DNA of 64,000 bases from Negativicutes bacterium. GTDB lineage: Bacteria; Bacillota; Negativicutes; UBA1444. Positions 50,398 through 60,216 of this stretch are shown one piece after another. A model generated the notes under the pieces. It searched no databases. It worked only from the letters and a program-made list of their open reading frames with translations, and had not been told where the DNA came from. Each line of letters opens with the position of its first letter. Position 1 is the first letter of the stretch. Location: the NCBI GenBank assembly GCA_963665275.2, contig CAXXIN010000005.1, positions 128,745 through 192,744 on the forward strand, given 5' to 3'. The translations under genes and the position numbers were made by a program.

Positions 50398-51801
50398 GTG
50401 GCGACCTATAATCCATTGACTGCGGAGCTGGTGAAAGAACTCGAAACTATCGTGGGCGCTAAAAATGTTAGTATCGACCCGGATAAACTGGAAACCTATT
50501 CACACGACGAAGAAACCGACAAACGCTATCAGCACATGCCTGAAGCGGTGGTCTTCCCGGAAAATGCCCAGCAGATTGCTGAAATCCTGAAGCTTGCCAA
50601 TCGTGAATTGGTTCCGGTCGTCGCCCGCGGCGGCGGCACGGGACTCGCTGCCGCCGCCGTTCCTCTGTTTGGCGGAATCGTGGTCAGTACGGAACGGATG
50701 GACCAGGTTCTTGAAATCAACGCAGATGCCATGTATATGGTCGTCCAACCCGGAGTCAGAACCGATGATGTGCAGAAAGCCGCTCGTGAAAAAGGACTGT
50801 TCTACGCCGGCGATCCCTGCAGCGGCGACAGCTGCGTCATCGGCGGCAACGTAGCGACCAATGCCGGCGGCAACCGGGCTATCAAGTACGGCACGACCCG
50901 CAATCAAGTGTACGGATTCGAAGTTGTGACCCCTCTGGGTAAAATCGTGAACCTGGGCGGGCGGCTGGAGAAATCGACTACCGGCTATTCCCTGGACCAT
51001 TTGGTGATGGGGGCGGAAGGCACGCTGGGGATCATCACAGAAATTACGCTGCGCTTGAAGCCATTGCCGAATAATGTCATCGATCTGCTGGCGATTTTTC
51101 CGACGATTGATCAAGCCATCGGCATCGTGACCAAAGTGATTAAGGCAGGGATCACGCCGACCTGCGTAGAGTTCATGGATAACGGCACCGTCAAAAGTGT
51201 TGAGCATTTTCTGAAAGTGAAGCAGCCGCATAGTGACGTTGGCAACTATATCATCATTCAGGTCGAGGGACAAAGTGAAGAAGATATGGAAGACAAGAGC
51301 ATTTTACTGGACGAACTTTGCATGGCCAACGGCGCTCTGGAAGTGCTCGTGGCTGATCCGGCCAAAATCTGGCACGCGCGAAAATCTTTCCTGGAAGCGG
51401 CGCGCGAAGAGAGCCTGATCCAATCAAAAGAGGACATGGTGGTGCCTGTCAACCAAATTGCCAACCTGATGCATGAAGCTGGAGCCATTAGCGCCAAGTA
51501 TGGCCTGGCCGCCCGAATTGCCAGTCATGCCGGCGATGGAAATGTTCACTTCCATGTGCTCAAAGGCGATCTTTCCGATGAGAAGTGGGATGAAACGCTG
51601 AAACTTTTTCAAAAAGAGATATATACATTGGTGTACAAACTCGGCGGCAAGCTGTCCGGCGAGCACGGCATCGGCTACAAACGGCGTCAGTTGATGGAGG
51701 AATACACGAATCCTGACGAATTGGACATGATGCGGGCGATCAAAAAGGCTCTGGATCCCAACCTTATCTTGAACCCTGGGAAAATCTTCACGGTCAGTTG
51801 A
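50398..51801 (+). CDS. FAD-linked 2-hydroxyacid dehydrogenase (LctD/GlcD-like, probably D-lactate)
   Basis: RGGGTG, GGNVATNAGG, GAEGTLGIIT, HAGDGNVH, SGEHGIG, LNPGK; adjacent lactate permease. Confidence 0.88.
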   Translation: MATYNPLTAELVKELETIVGAKNVSIDPDKLETYSHDEETDKRYQHMPEAVVFPENAQQIAEILKLANRELVPVVARGGGTGLAAAAVPLFGGIVVSTERMDQVLEINADAMYMVVQPGVRTDDVQKAAREKGLFYAGDPCSGDSCVIGGNVATNAGGNRAIKYGTTRNQVYGFEVVTPLGKIVNLGGRLEKSTTGYSLDHLVMGAEGTLGIITEITLRLKPLPNNVIDLLAIFPTIDQAIGIVTKVIKAGITPTCVEFMDNGTVKSVEHFLKVKQPHSDVGNYIIIQVEGQSEEDMEDKSILLDELCMANGALEVLVADPAKIWHARKSFLEAAREESLIQSKEDMVVPVNQIANLMHEAGAISAKYGLAARIASHAGDGNVHFHVLKGDLSDEKWDETLKLFQKEIYTLVYKLGGKLSGEHGIGYKRRQLMEEYTNPDELDMMRAIKKALDPNLILNPGKIFTVS

Positions 51802-51844
51802 ACCGGAATGCATGATTCGAAAAAATGAATAAGGGGGTTTCCCA

Positions 51845-53500
51845 ATGAAGTGGGTTCAAGTCTATGATCCTTTGAGCAACATTTTTCTGTCCGCGCTGAT
51901 TGCAGCGATCCCGCTGATGCTGTTGCTCTACATGTTGGGAGTTCGGCGCGCCAAGGGACATCATGCAGCGTTTTTGGGCACCGGGTCTGCAGTTTTGCTG
52001 GCCATAGCAGTCTGGGGGATGCCTGTGTCGATGGCGGTCAGCGCAACGCTTAACGGGATGTTGTACGGGATATTTCCGATCGTCTGGATCGTCATCACGG
52101 CGATCTGGGTTTACAATATGACGGTGGAATCGGGAGAGTTCGAGATTATCAAGAATTCCCTGGCTTCTGTGACGGATGACCGACGCCTGCAGGCGATCCT
52201 GATCGCGTTCGCATTCGGCTCCTTCATCGAAGGCACGGCAGGGTTCGGCACGCCGGTGGCCATTACAGCCGCCATGCTAGTCGGCCTCGGATTCAACCCC
52301 CTCTATGCGGCGGGAATCTGTCTGATTGCTAATACCGCACCGGTTGCTTTCGGCGCCATCGGCATCCCTATCGTCGTGGCGGCGCAGGTGTCAGGACTGG
52401 ACATGATGCATATCAGTCAGGTGGTTGGCCGCCAGCTGCCCTTCCTCTCTTGCCTGGTTCCTCTCTGGCTGGTGGTTACCATGGCCGGCTGGAAGCGTGG
52501 TATGGAAGTGCTGCCGGCCGTTTTGGTCGCGGGCGGACTCTTCGCCGGAACTCAGTTTATTACTGCGAACTATGTGAATCCTTACTTGCCTGACATCACG
52601 GCGGCTATCGTGACGATTGTCGGGTTCCTCATGTTCCTGAAAGTGTGGAAACCAGCCACTGTCTGGCATTTTCCTGATGAAAAACCGTCTGCCGGTGGCA
52701 AAGCTGTTCTACAGTACTCACACGGAGAGGTGCTGCGGGCCTGGGCGCCCTATCTGATTCTGGCGGGACTGGTGTTTCTGTGGGCGGATGACAAGTACAT
52801 CCAGTTCAAACAGGTCGTGGTCGGCGTCGACAAGTTGTTTCCCTTTTTCTTAAACAGCTGGCCCGGACTGGATGGTCTGGTCATCAAAACGACTCCGGTG
52901 GTTGCGAAAAACACTCCCTATGCCGCGGCATACATGTTGAACCTGATTTCCGCCTCCGGCACGGCGTTGTTTCTTTCCGGCATTTTGTCCCTGCTTGTCA
53001 TCCCGAACTATGGCCCGGGAAGAGCAGCTGCTTGCTTCGGTAAAACCGTGAAACAACTACAGTTCCCGATCATCACGATCTCCATGATTTTAGGGTTGGC
53101 CTACATCATGAACTATTCCGGTATGAGTTCGACCCTCGGAATCGCATTTACAGCGACGGGCTCGCTGTTTCCGTTCTTTTCTCCGATTCTGGGCTGGCTG
53201 GGCGTGTTCCTGACCGGTTCGGATACCTCAGCGAATGCATTGTTCGGCTCTATGCAGAAAACAGCGGCGGAACAGATCGGCGTCGATCCCTATCTCACTG
53301 TGGCTGCCAATAGTTCCGGCGGGGTATGCGGCAAGATGATCTCGCCGCAAAGCATCTCTGTCGCCACGGCGGCATCAGGCCTGGTCGGCAAAGAAGGCGA
53401 CCTCTTCCGCTTCACGCTATGGCACAGCATCGCGATGGTGTTGGTGATGGCGGTGATCACGTTCCTGCAGGCGTATTGGCTGAAGTGGATGTTGCCGTAG
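51845..53500 (+). CDS. lctP: Lactate permease (LctP family)
   Basis: EGTAGFGTPVAI, ANTAPVAFGA, GVFLTGSDTSAN, GKMISPQS. Confidence 0.93.
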   Translation: MKWVQVYDPLSNIFLSALIAAIPLMLLLYMLGVRRAKGHHAAFLGTGSAVLLAIAVWGMPVSMAVSATLNGMLYGIFPIVWIVITAIWVYNMTVESGEFEIIKNSLASVTDDRRLQAILIAFAFGSFIEGTAGFGTPVAITAAMLVGLGFNPLYAAGICLIANTAPVAFGAIGIPIVVAAQVSGLDMMHISQVVGRQLPFLSCLVPLWLVVTMAGWKRGMEVLPAVLVAGGLFAGTQFITANYVNPYLPDITAAIVTIVGFLMFLKVWKPATVWHFPDEKPSAGGKAVLQYSHGEVLRAWAPYLILAGLVFLWADDKYIQFKQVVVGVDKLFPFFLNSWPGLDGLVIKTTPVVAKNTPYAAAYMLNLISASGTALFLSGILSLLVIPNYGPGRAAACFGKTVKQLQFPIITISMILGLAYIMNYSGMSSTLGIAFTATGSLFPFFSPILGWLGVFLTGSDTSANALFGSMQKTAAEQIGVDPYLTVAANSSGGVCGKMISPQSISVATAASGLVGKEGDLFRFTLWHSIAMVLVMAVITFLQAYWLKWMLP

Positions 53501-53514
53501 GAAAAATAGGAATG

Positions 53515-53564
53515 GGTCAAAAAAGAGAAGTCCCGCACGCAAGCGGGACTTCTCTTTTTTGACC
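53515..53564. terminator. Strong intrinsic terminator
   Basis: Perfect 22-bp stem ggtcaaaaaagagaagtcccgc/gcgggacttctcttttttgacc. Confidence 0.85.
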
Positions 53565-53674
53565 AACAGACCTCTGCTAGGTTCAACGTTTTCTAATGCG
53601 CGGCACTGGCAGGAGCCGGCGAAAAAATGTTGAATAAGTGTTGAATAACTAATGAAAACCGGGAAGGGGCAAGT

Positions 53675-54805
53675 ATGAATAACGTTCGAGTCGCCGCTGT
53701 ACAAGCGGATGATTACTCATCCGACAATATCGCTGGGGGTATTGATGCAGCCCTGGGGCTTTTGGGAGGGATGAAACAATTCGTCCATGCAGGAGACCGC
53801 GTGCTGCTGAAACCCAACATATTGGAAGGGATACCCAGTGAATGCGCGATTACCACGCATCCGGAAGTGGTGCGGGCAATGATCCGGCAGGTGAAAAACC
53901 TTGGCGGCCTTCCAGCCGTGGGCGATTCGCCGGGGGTCACCGGGACCCTGAAAGCGGCGGAAAAATGCGGTATTTTGTCGGTGTGTCAGGAAGAAAACGT
54001 GGAACTGGTTCCGTTCGAAAGAACGGCGGAGTTCCCGTTCCCCGACGGACTCACAGTCAAGAAATTTCAGCTTGCCGAGGCCCTCACACAGGTAAATAAG
54101 GTAATCTCGCTGTCCAAGATGAAGACACACACTTTCATGGGAATGACCGGCGCGACCAAGATATTGTTCGGTTGTATCGTCGGGATGCAGAAAGCCCAGT
54201 TCCATCTGAGGATGCAGCAGCGCCGCGAATTCGCAGGTATGCTGATAGACCTGGCAAACCTCATCAAACCGGTGCTTTCCATCGTGGATGGAGTGGTAGG
54301 CATGGAAGGAAATGGCCCCCGCAATGGAAGGCCGTTCCAAGCGGGCGTTATTCTCGCTGGCACAAATTGTTTCGCTGTGGATATCGTGATGGCCGAAATG
54401 ATGGGGTTACCCCCTGAATCATTGCCGGTGGCCGCGATTTCTCTGGAAAGAGGACTGACGCCTTCTTTCGGGGGAATTGCTCTGATGGGCGACGGGCGCG
54501 GGATTCGACATCAATTTGCGGCTCCTCGTAGTATGATGTCCCTCGAAGACCGGGTGCCGGCCTGGCTAGCCGGTTGGGGAAAAAAACGCCTGACGGCCCG
54601 TCCGCAAATTGGCCCGAACTGCATCGGCTGCGGTCGCTGCGCTCTCCACTGCCCGCCGCAGGCCATGACCGTGGTGGAAGGACGGGCGATTATCGATGAT
54701 GCGAAGTGCATTCGCTGTTACTGCTGTCAGGAACTTTGCCCGGAAGATGCGGTGCAGCTTCGGGAAGGCAGCTTGTTGAAGTTCGTTCAGCAGTTCGAAA
54801 AATAA
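53675..54805 (+). CDS. DUF362 domain protein with C-terminal 2x[4Fe-4S] ferredoxin
   Basis: VLLKPN, TTHPEVV, KMKTH, GMEGNGP; CIGCGRCALHCP and CIRCYCCQELCP. Confidence 0.88.
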   Translation: MNNVRVAAVQADDYSSDNIAGGIDAALGLLGGMKQFVHAGDRVLLKPNILEGIPSECAITTHPEVVRAMIRQVKNLGGLPAVGDSPGVTGTLKAAEKCGILSVCQEENVELVPFERTAEFPFPDGLTVKKFQLAEALTQVNKVISLSKMKTHTFMGMTGATKILFGCIVGMQKAQFHLRMQQRREFAGMLIDLANLIKPVLSIVDGVVGMEGNGPRNGRPFQAGVILAGTNCFAVDIVMAEMMGLPPESLPVAAISLERGLTPSFGGIALMGDGRGIRHQFAAPRSMMSLEDRVPAWLAGWGKKRLTARPQIGPNCIGCGRCALHCPPQAMTVVEGRAIIDDAKCIRCYCCQELCPEDAVQLREGSLLKFVQQFEK

Positions 54806-54827
54806 GCGTTCCGCTGTTGGCCGATTC

Positions 54828-56288
54828 CTAGAGTCTGAACAGATCACTGCGTCGGGCCCGCTCAGCGAGATTCGAAGAACACTCCCCCTTGCCGCAGACT
54901 TCGGCGGGAGGGATGGACAGTTCCCTGGCCAGCAGTTCGCGGACGCGGGGACCGCAGAAAGCCCCCTGACATCGTCCCATGCCGGCGCGGGTGCGGAATT
55001 TCACCCCATCCAGCGAGCGGACAGGAATTCCCCGGTTCAGGGACTCGATGATCTCCGCTTCGGTGACCTGTTCACAACGGCAAATGATATGGAGCGACGG
55101 ATCAGCGATATTAATATCGCCGGCGAAATCCGCCGCTTTTTTGCGGATGATGGGTGGGCGCTGGGCCTGGAACTCCGGATTGGGTTCCAATACCAAGCCG
55201 CATTTTTGAAGGATGCCGGCGACCTTAAGCGCGATTGCCGGGGAGGCCGTCAAACCGGGGGAATCTATTCCGATCAGGTTGATGAAGTTCTTCACGCGAC
55301 TTTCGCCGATGACCCAGTCTTTTTGGTTGGAAACTGGCCGGTTCCCGGCGAAAGAAGTCAGAGCCTTGCGCATGTCGAAGCCCGGTACAGAGCGGCGGGC
55401 TTGCTGGACAATGTGCTCGAGAGTTTTGAGGTCAGTGCCGACATCCGCTTTGTCGTCAATTTCTTCGGCATTGGGTCCGATCATCAGATTGCCGTGGAAA
55501 GTCGTCGTGACCAGGATGCCCTTGCCGAGATTGGTGGGGACCTGAAAGATGACGGAACGAACCAGGTAATTCTGATCTTTGTCCAGAAGGACGTACTGAC
55601 CGCGCCGGGGAGTGATCCGATAATCTTCGATGCCGATCATGGCGGCGATGCTATCACTGTTGGCTCCGGCGCAGTTGATGATGTATTGCGCTGTAACGGT
55701 GCTCCGGTTGGTTTCGACACGAAAGGCAGCGGGGGTCGTTGCGATGGCTTTCACTTCTTCGTTTAGCCGTAAGTCTACGTGATTGGTGAGGGCGTTTTCC
55801 GCCAACGCAATGGCGAATTCATAGGGCGAAGTGACACCGGCGTCTTCACAGAAGAGCGCCGCAACGATCTCCGGGCTCAGATGCGGTTCCATACGACGGA
55901 CTTTCTCGCCGTCGATGATTCTCAGACCTCCCACGCCGTTTTCACGTCCATACTCGAGCAGTTTTTGCAGCGTCGGTACTTCTACGTCGGAAAAAGCGAG
56001 AACGAGCGAACCGGTCCGGCGATACCCGAAATGCAACTCCCTGTCCAGTTGTTCATAGAGATGATTGCCGGCGACACATAACTCTGCTTTCAGTGTGCCA
56101 GGCTCGTCGGAGTAGCCGCCGTGGACGATGCCGCTGTTGGCTTTGGTGCAGCCGCGCCCCACGTCTTCTTCTTTGTCGATGACACAGATTCGCAGGCGGT
56201 AGCGGGACATTTCCCGGGCAATGTTCAGACCGACTACGCCGGCGCCGATGATACAAAGGTCGTAGGGTAAATTCGAATCTTGGCTCAC
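54828..56288 (-). CDS. FAD-dependent oxidoreductase (LhgO/GlpA-like) with BFD-like [2Fe-2S] domain
   Basis: IIGAGVVG, TKANSGIVHGG, SPGLTASPAIA, ICRCE, RAGMGRCQGAFC. Confidence 0.88.
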   Translation of the reverse strand: MSQDSNLPYDLCIIGAGVVGLNIAREMSRYRLRICVIDKEEDVGRGCTKANSGIVHGGYSDEPGTLKAELCVAGNHLYEQLDRELHFGYRRTGSLVLAFSDVEVPTLQKLLEYGRENGVGGLRIIDGEKVRRMEPHLSPEIVAALFCEDAGVTSPYEFAIALAENALTNHVDLRLNEEVKAIATTPAAFRVETNRSTVTAQYIINCAGANSDSIAAMIGIEDYRITPRRGQYVLLDKDQNYLVRSVIFQVPTNLGKGILVTTTFHGNLMIGPNAEEIDDKADVGTDLKTLEHIVQQARRSVPGFDMRKALTSFAGNRPVSNQKDWVIGESRVKNFINLIGIDSPGLTASPAIALKVAGILQKCGLVLEPNPEFQAQRPPIIRKKAADFAGDINIADPSLHIICRCEQVTEAEIIESLNRGIPVRSLDGVKFRTRAGMGRCQGAFCGPRVRELLARELSIPPAEVCGKGECSSNLAERARRSDLFRL

Positions 56289-56869
56289 GGCGTTATCACT
56301 TCCCCGTTCAGCAAATCGAAGGTAAGGGTTTTGGTGTTGCGCTGCTTGTTCTGGGACTGTGCAACTTCCAGTTTCAACAGGCCGAGCGTCTCATTGATGG
56401 ATGCTTTCGTCCTCCACCAGCGGGAGCTGACGCTGTGGGGAACTTTATTGAGTTCTGCCGCTGACAGCAGAGACTCTAATGAATGCTTTTTCAGCAGGGC
56501 GCCTGTTTCATCGTAAAAAACGATGACTTCATCACCAAAACCGGCGGAGTACCAGCTGTCGAACGTGACCACGCGCCAGCCTCCATTGGCGATAAGGGCA
56601 GTGACGGGGAGATTCTGCAGGGGCGCCTCCCATCGTTTGATCCAATCGGCGGAATCAGTTCCGGTCTGTTTGGTGTAGACAGCGCCACTGCTGGACAGGA
56701 GTGCACTTGAATGAGTAGTGGCGGTCACAATGAAGCGGGCATCCTGCGCGGCAGATTCATAAGTTGCCTCTGGTTTGGGCGGCAGCCAGGAATCAGCGTA
56801 AGCAGTCGGATTCAGGGTGGACAGGACCATGAATAGAATCCCGAGACGCAAAAAAAGCCGGAACGACAT
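56285..56869 (-). CDS. Hypothetical exported protein
   Basis: Signal peptide ending AYA-DSW; overlaps downstream gene by 4 nt. Confidence 0.65.
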   Translation of the reverse strand: MSFRLFLRLGILFMVLSTLNPTAYADSWLPPKPEATYESAAQDARFIVTATTHSSALLSSSGAVYTKQTGTDSADWIKRWEAPLQNLPVTALIANGGWRVVTFDSWYSAGFGDEVIVFYDETGALLKKHSLESLLSAAELNKVPHSVSSRWWRTKASINETLGLLKLEVAQSQNKQRNTKTLTFDLLNGEVITP

Positions 56870-56995
56870 GAATGCACCTTCTTTCCTAAGCCTTGAAAAT
56901 AAACGATGGGGAGAACTCTAATAAATCCTTTCGTGACGGGGGCCGCATTTCCTGCCTTCAGGGAACTTGAGGCTCCACGCGGACAATAATGAAAA

Positions 56996-57048
56996 CGCCC
57001 CTGCACCAGGTGGGAAGCAATGCTTCGCCATAACTGCGGCAGGGGCGG
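56996..57048 (-). terminator. Terminator-like hairpin after lipoprotein gene
   Basis: cgcccctgc...gcaggggcg with T-run on minus strand. Confidence 0.5.
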
Positions 57049-57093
57049 ATGTTCTACAGAGGGTCAGATCGCAGTTGCTTTTTGAGTGCAGGG

Positions 57094-57561
57094 TTAGTGG
57101 CGTAACGACATAATCAAGGTGCTTTTATTTTTTTTGTTATAAGCGGCGGAAACTTCGAGTTTGTCTTTTTTCCCAGAAAACATGGTCTGAGAATCATCGG
57201 AGATTTCAATTGACTTGACAAAGCCGCTGTCTTGTAATTTTTTCACGTAACTGCGATAGATTTCTTCAGTTGTGTTATCAATCATGACGCTGACTTTCTT
57301 TTGCGCTGGATCCGGTTTGGAGATCCGCTTCAATGAACCTCCTTCATATTTGGGAACTTCTGCGGGGATGTCCGTCGGCCAGGCTTCGGAGAGTTGACCC
57401 GCAGGAGATTTTGGGGACTCGGCTTGTTTGGCGGCTTCTGTAGCCGGCTTGATCTGTGCAGCTTGGATCGCCGGTGGAGTGGGTTTGTCACTGGCGCAGC
57501 CAGTGACAAAAACTAATACAAGAATCAGAAGCAGGGAATAAGTTAGCCCTCTTTCCATCAA
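57094..57561 (-). CDS. Hypothetical lipoprotein
   Basis: Lipobox VTGC, Pro/Ala linker, WPTDIPAEVPKY. Confidence 0.75.
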   Translation of the reverse strand: MMERGLTYSLLLILVLVFVTGCASDKPTPPAIQAAQIKPATEAAKQAESPKSPAGQLSEAWPTDIPAEVPKYEGGSLKRISKPDPAQKKVSVMIDNTTEEIYRSYVKKLQDSGFVKSIEISDDSQTMFSGKKDKLEVSAAYNKKNKSTLIMSLRH

Positions 57562-57746
57562 ATGGGTGCCTCCTTGAATTTGGTTTTTTTATAGAAAAAG
57601 CCATATGCAAAACAGGATCTGTTTAAGATGCATAGGGCTAATAACAGCAATATTCTACCATTAAATCCATGCGATTTCCAATACGATTTAAAGAAATGAA
57701 AATACTGAGGTGGCATGACAAACAAAATAAGAATGGACGGAATATC

Positions 57747-58616
57747 TCAGTGTTTTGAGAAAATCGCCAGCGCAAGCCAGATGAGACCGAAAGAAATCGC
57801 GTGTGTCTGCGTGAAAGGCTCGTGGTAAAGAAAGACCCCCGTGAGCAGCGCAAAAGTCGGCGACAGGTATTGTATGAAGCCGAGCAACGACAAAGGCAGG
57901 TGGTTCGCGGCGTTGGCAAACAGCACCATCGGCAGGGCAGTGACGATGCCGGCGCCGATGAACAGGATTGTTGGGATGGGGTTGGCGGGGCCAAAAACGC
58001 CGGTTCCCTGTGAGTTCAGGAACAGCAGATAGATAAGCGCCGGTGGTGCGATCAGCAGAGTCTCCAGGGTGATACCGGTGATGGGTGAAATCCCCAGCAT
58101 CTTTTTGCATAGACCATACAGGGAAAAGGTGATGGCCAGTGACAGGGCTACCCACGGGACAACGCCAAAATACAGGACGAGATTCAGGACGCCGAGGGCG
58201 GCCAGCGCGACGGCCAGATATTGCCGCTTCGAGAGTTTTTCTTTCAATAGGGCGATCCCCAGCAGAACGTTGACCAGTGGATTGATGTAATAACCCAGAC
58301 TGGTCTCGACGATGCGGTTGTCATTAACCGCCCAGATGTAGACTAGCCAGTTCAGCGAGATGAGCACTGTGGCAGCGAAGACACCCAGTATCCGACGCGG
58401 GTCCTTGCAAATGCTGCTGATTTCGCTGCGAAAGGAAGGTAGCCGCCGGGCGATGATCAAAAAAATGAGCAGAAAGAACAGAGACCAAAGGACACGGTGT
58501 GACAGGATTTCTATCGCGCCTGCCTGACGCAGGAGCTTCCAGTAGATCGGCAGGAATCCCCACATCAAATAAGCGCAGATGGCGGAGGCGATTCCTCCTG
58601 ATCGATTATTTAGCAT
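57747..58616 (-). CDS. rarD: EamA/DMT transporter RarD
   Basis: WGFLPIYW, EILSHRVLWS, SLGYYINPLVNV, GFIQYLSPT. Confidence 0.9.
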   Translation of the reverse strand: MLNNRSGGIASAICAYLMWGFLPIYWKLLRQAGAIEILSHRVLWSLFFLLIFLIIARRLPSFRSEISSICKDPRRILGVFAATVLISLNWLVYIWAVNDNRIVETSLGYYINPLVNVLLGIALLKEKLSKRQYLAVALAALGVLNLVLYFGVVPWVALSLAITFSLYGLCKKMLGISPITGITLETLLIAPPALIYLLFLNSQGTGVFGPANPIPTILFIGAGIVTALPMVLFANAANHLPLSLLGFIQYLSPTFALLTGVFLYHEPFTQTHAISFGLIWLALAIFSKH

Positions 58617-58777
58617 GCAACACCTTCCTAGCAAGATATGCCCATTGTAGAGGATCCATGTGGAAATGACAACTTGTGCCAGAAACGATTGGCAGGAATA
58701 TGAAATGAATTGACGAATGAAAATAGCACAAGGTAAAGAACCGGTATGAGGGTCCGGATTTAGGAGGTGTGACCGCA

Positions 58778-59248
58778 ATGAACAAGATAAAGTTGCTGAT
58801 CAGCTTGGCGATCTGTTTTGCGGCGGAGGGCCTCGGCGGTCTATTTACCGCTCAATCCGTCGGCGCCTGGTACCTGACGCTGCAAAAGCCGGCTTTTACT
58901 CCGCCCGGTTGGATTTTTGGACCGGTTTGGACGCTGCTGTATTTGATGATGGGGATTGCCTTATATTTAATATGGAAGAGGGCGGGTTCCGGCGCGGAGG
59001 TTCGCGGTGCGGTAACGTTGTTTGCGTTCCAGTTGCTACTTAACGTGGCCTGGTCAGCGGTTTTTTTCGGCAGGCAGTCTCCACTGGGAGGGTTGCTGAT
59101 CATTGTGGCGTTATGGCTGACGCTGGCGCTGACAATTTGGCGTTTTCGGCAGATTTCCCCCTTGGCGGCGGGACTGTTGCTACCCTACTTGGCGTGGACT
59201 TCCTTTGCCGCAGTTCTCAACTTTGCGATCTGGCGTCTGAATTCTTGA
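58778..59248 (+). CDS. tspO: TspO/MBR family protein
   Basis: WYLTLQKPAFTPPGWIFGPVWTLLY, QLLLNVAWS, LLLPYLAWTSFA. Confidence 0.92.
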   Translation: MNKIKLLISLAICFAAEGLGGLFTAQSVGAWYLTLQKPAFTPPGWIFGPVWTLLYLMMGIALYLIWKRAGSGAEVRGAVTLFAFQLLLNVAWSAVFFGRQSPLGGLLIIVALWLTLALTIWRFRQISPLAAGLLLPYLAWTSFAAVLNFAIWRLNS

Positions 59249-59333
59249 CGACTGAGGATGGAGCTTTCGCATAGCGCTTAAGTTGAGCTGTACGAGGTAA
59301 AAGGTTGACAAAACCGTGAAGGAGGACAAAGTC

Positions 59334-59855
59334 ATGTTCGGGTTTGCTGGAACCAAGTCGTTGAAATTCTGGGGATTGGCTCTAGCCTTGGTGTTCATGA
59401 CCGCGCTGCCGCTGCCGGCAGCTACTGCCGGAGAATTGTCGGTGTCGCCGGTCAGTGTGGGCACGAGTCAGGAGGCTCTGGAGTACTATCTGGATCTCGT
59501 GGAAAAACTGGATGTGACGACCGCTATCGGAAAATCGGTATTTTACTCAGGACAGGGCAACCGGAAGTTGGCTGAGCAGTTCGCGATCGCCGAAGACAAG
59601 ACGACGTTGGAGATGACTGCGGGAGGCAAATTCCTGGATGACCTGAAGCTGTTCGACCAGGGGAGTCCGTTGAAACCGGAACAGGCGACGCGCGTGTGGT
59701 CGCGGCTTTCGCAGCGTTATGCGGAGCAGGCTGCGGGGGATGTGTTTTGTTTCGTTACCGGGGCGCGGCCAACAGGCGTTTTCACAACGGTCGAACTGCC
59801 TGAACTGAAGAAGAACCGCAAAGTGGGGGCTATGTACAATGTGTCCCGACTATGA
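59334..59855 (+). CDS. Signal-peptide protein with ADP-ribosyl cyclase (CD38-like) NAD+ glycohydrolase domain
   Basis: Hydrophobic leader ending ATA; motifs VFYSG, TLEMTAGGKFLDDL, WSRLSQRYAEQAAGDV, FTTVELPEL; AAGGAGG RBS. Confidence 0.7.
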   Translation: MFGFAGTKSLKFWGLALALVFMTALPLPAATAGELSVSPVSVGTSQEALEYYLDLVEKLDVTTAIGKSVFYSGQGNRKLAEQFAIAEDKTTLEMTAGGKFLDDLKLFDQGSPLKPEQATRVWSRLSQRYAEQAAGDVFCFVTGARPTGVFTTVELPELKKNRKVGAMYNVSRL

Positions 59856-60108
59856 AATCAGCATCCCGCATTTCTACTGCCTGGAATATCGGGAAGGCGG
59901 CAGGACGATGCTGCTGGAGATCGATTTTCGTGACTCGGTGATTTATCTGGATGATACACTGGTGATGGCATGGGAAACGCCTCACGCAGGAGAAACAATT
60001 GCATCAGCTGAAAAAAAAAGAATCTTGGACAATGTGTACGAATATCTGACAGGGGAACGGGGATTTAAAAATGTGGAGTATGCCGGGTCATCGTTGTCAT
60101 GCCAATAG
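59839..60108 (+). CDS. Small acidic protein, candidate immunity protein (Imm74-like)
   Basis: Overlaps upstream gene by 17 nt; pattern Y.EG.RTM.LEID...W..PH....I...EKKRILDNV..YL. Confidence 0.55.
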   Translation: MCPDYEISIPHFYCLEYREGGRTMLLEIDFRDSVIYLDDTLVMAWETPHAGETIASAEKKRILDNVYEYLTGERGFKNVEYAGSSLSCQ

Positions 60109-60216
60109 GGCCGGACAATGGAGCACAGCGACGTTTGATTAACCTTCGTCTACCCCATGGCCCGGCCCCTATTCAATCAATTCCAGTTTCTGATCATATC
60201 GCAGTGATCACATTGA

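Noticed and set aside
53675-54805. DUF362 protein as part of the lactate operon
   Set aside because: Separated from lctP by a perfect 22-bp-stem terminator and ~170 bp
56812-57006. 64-aa ORF beginning MQGRFHYCPRG
   Set aside because: Starts inside a terminator hairpin, overlaps the next gene and lacks a complete zinc-ribbon motif
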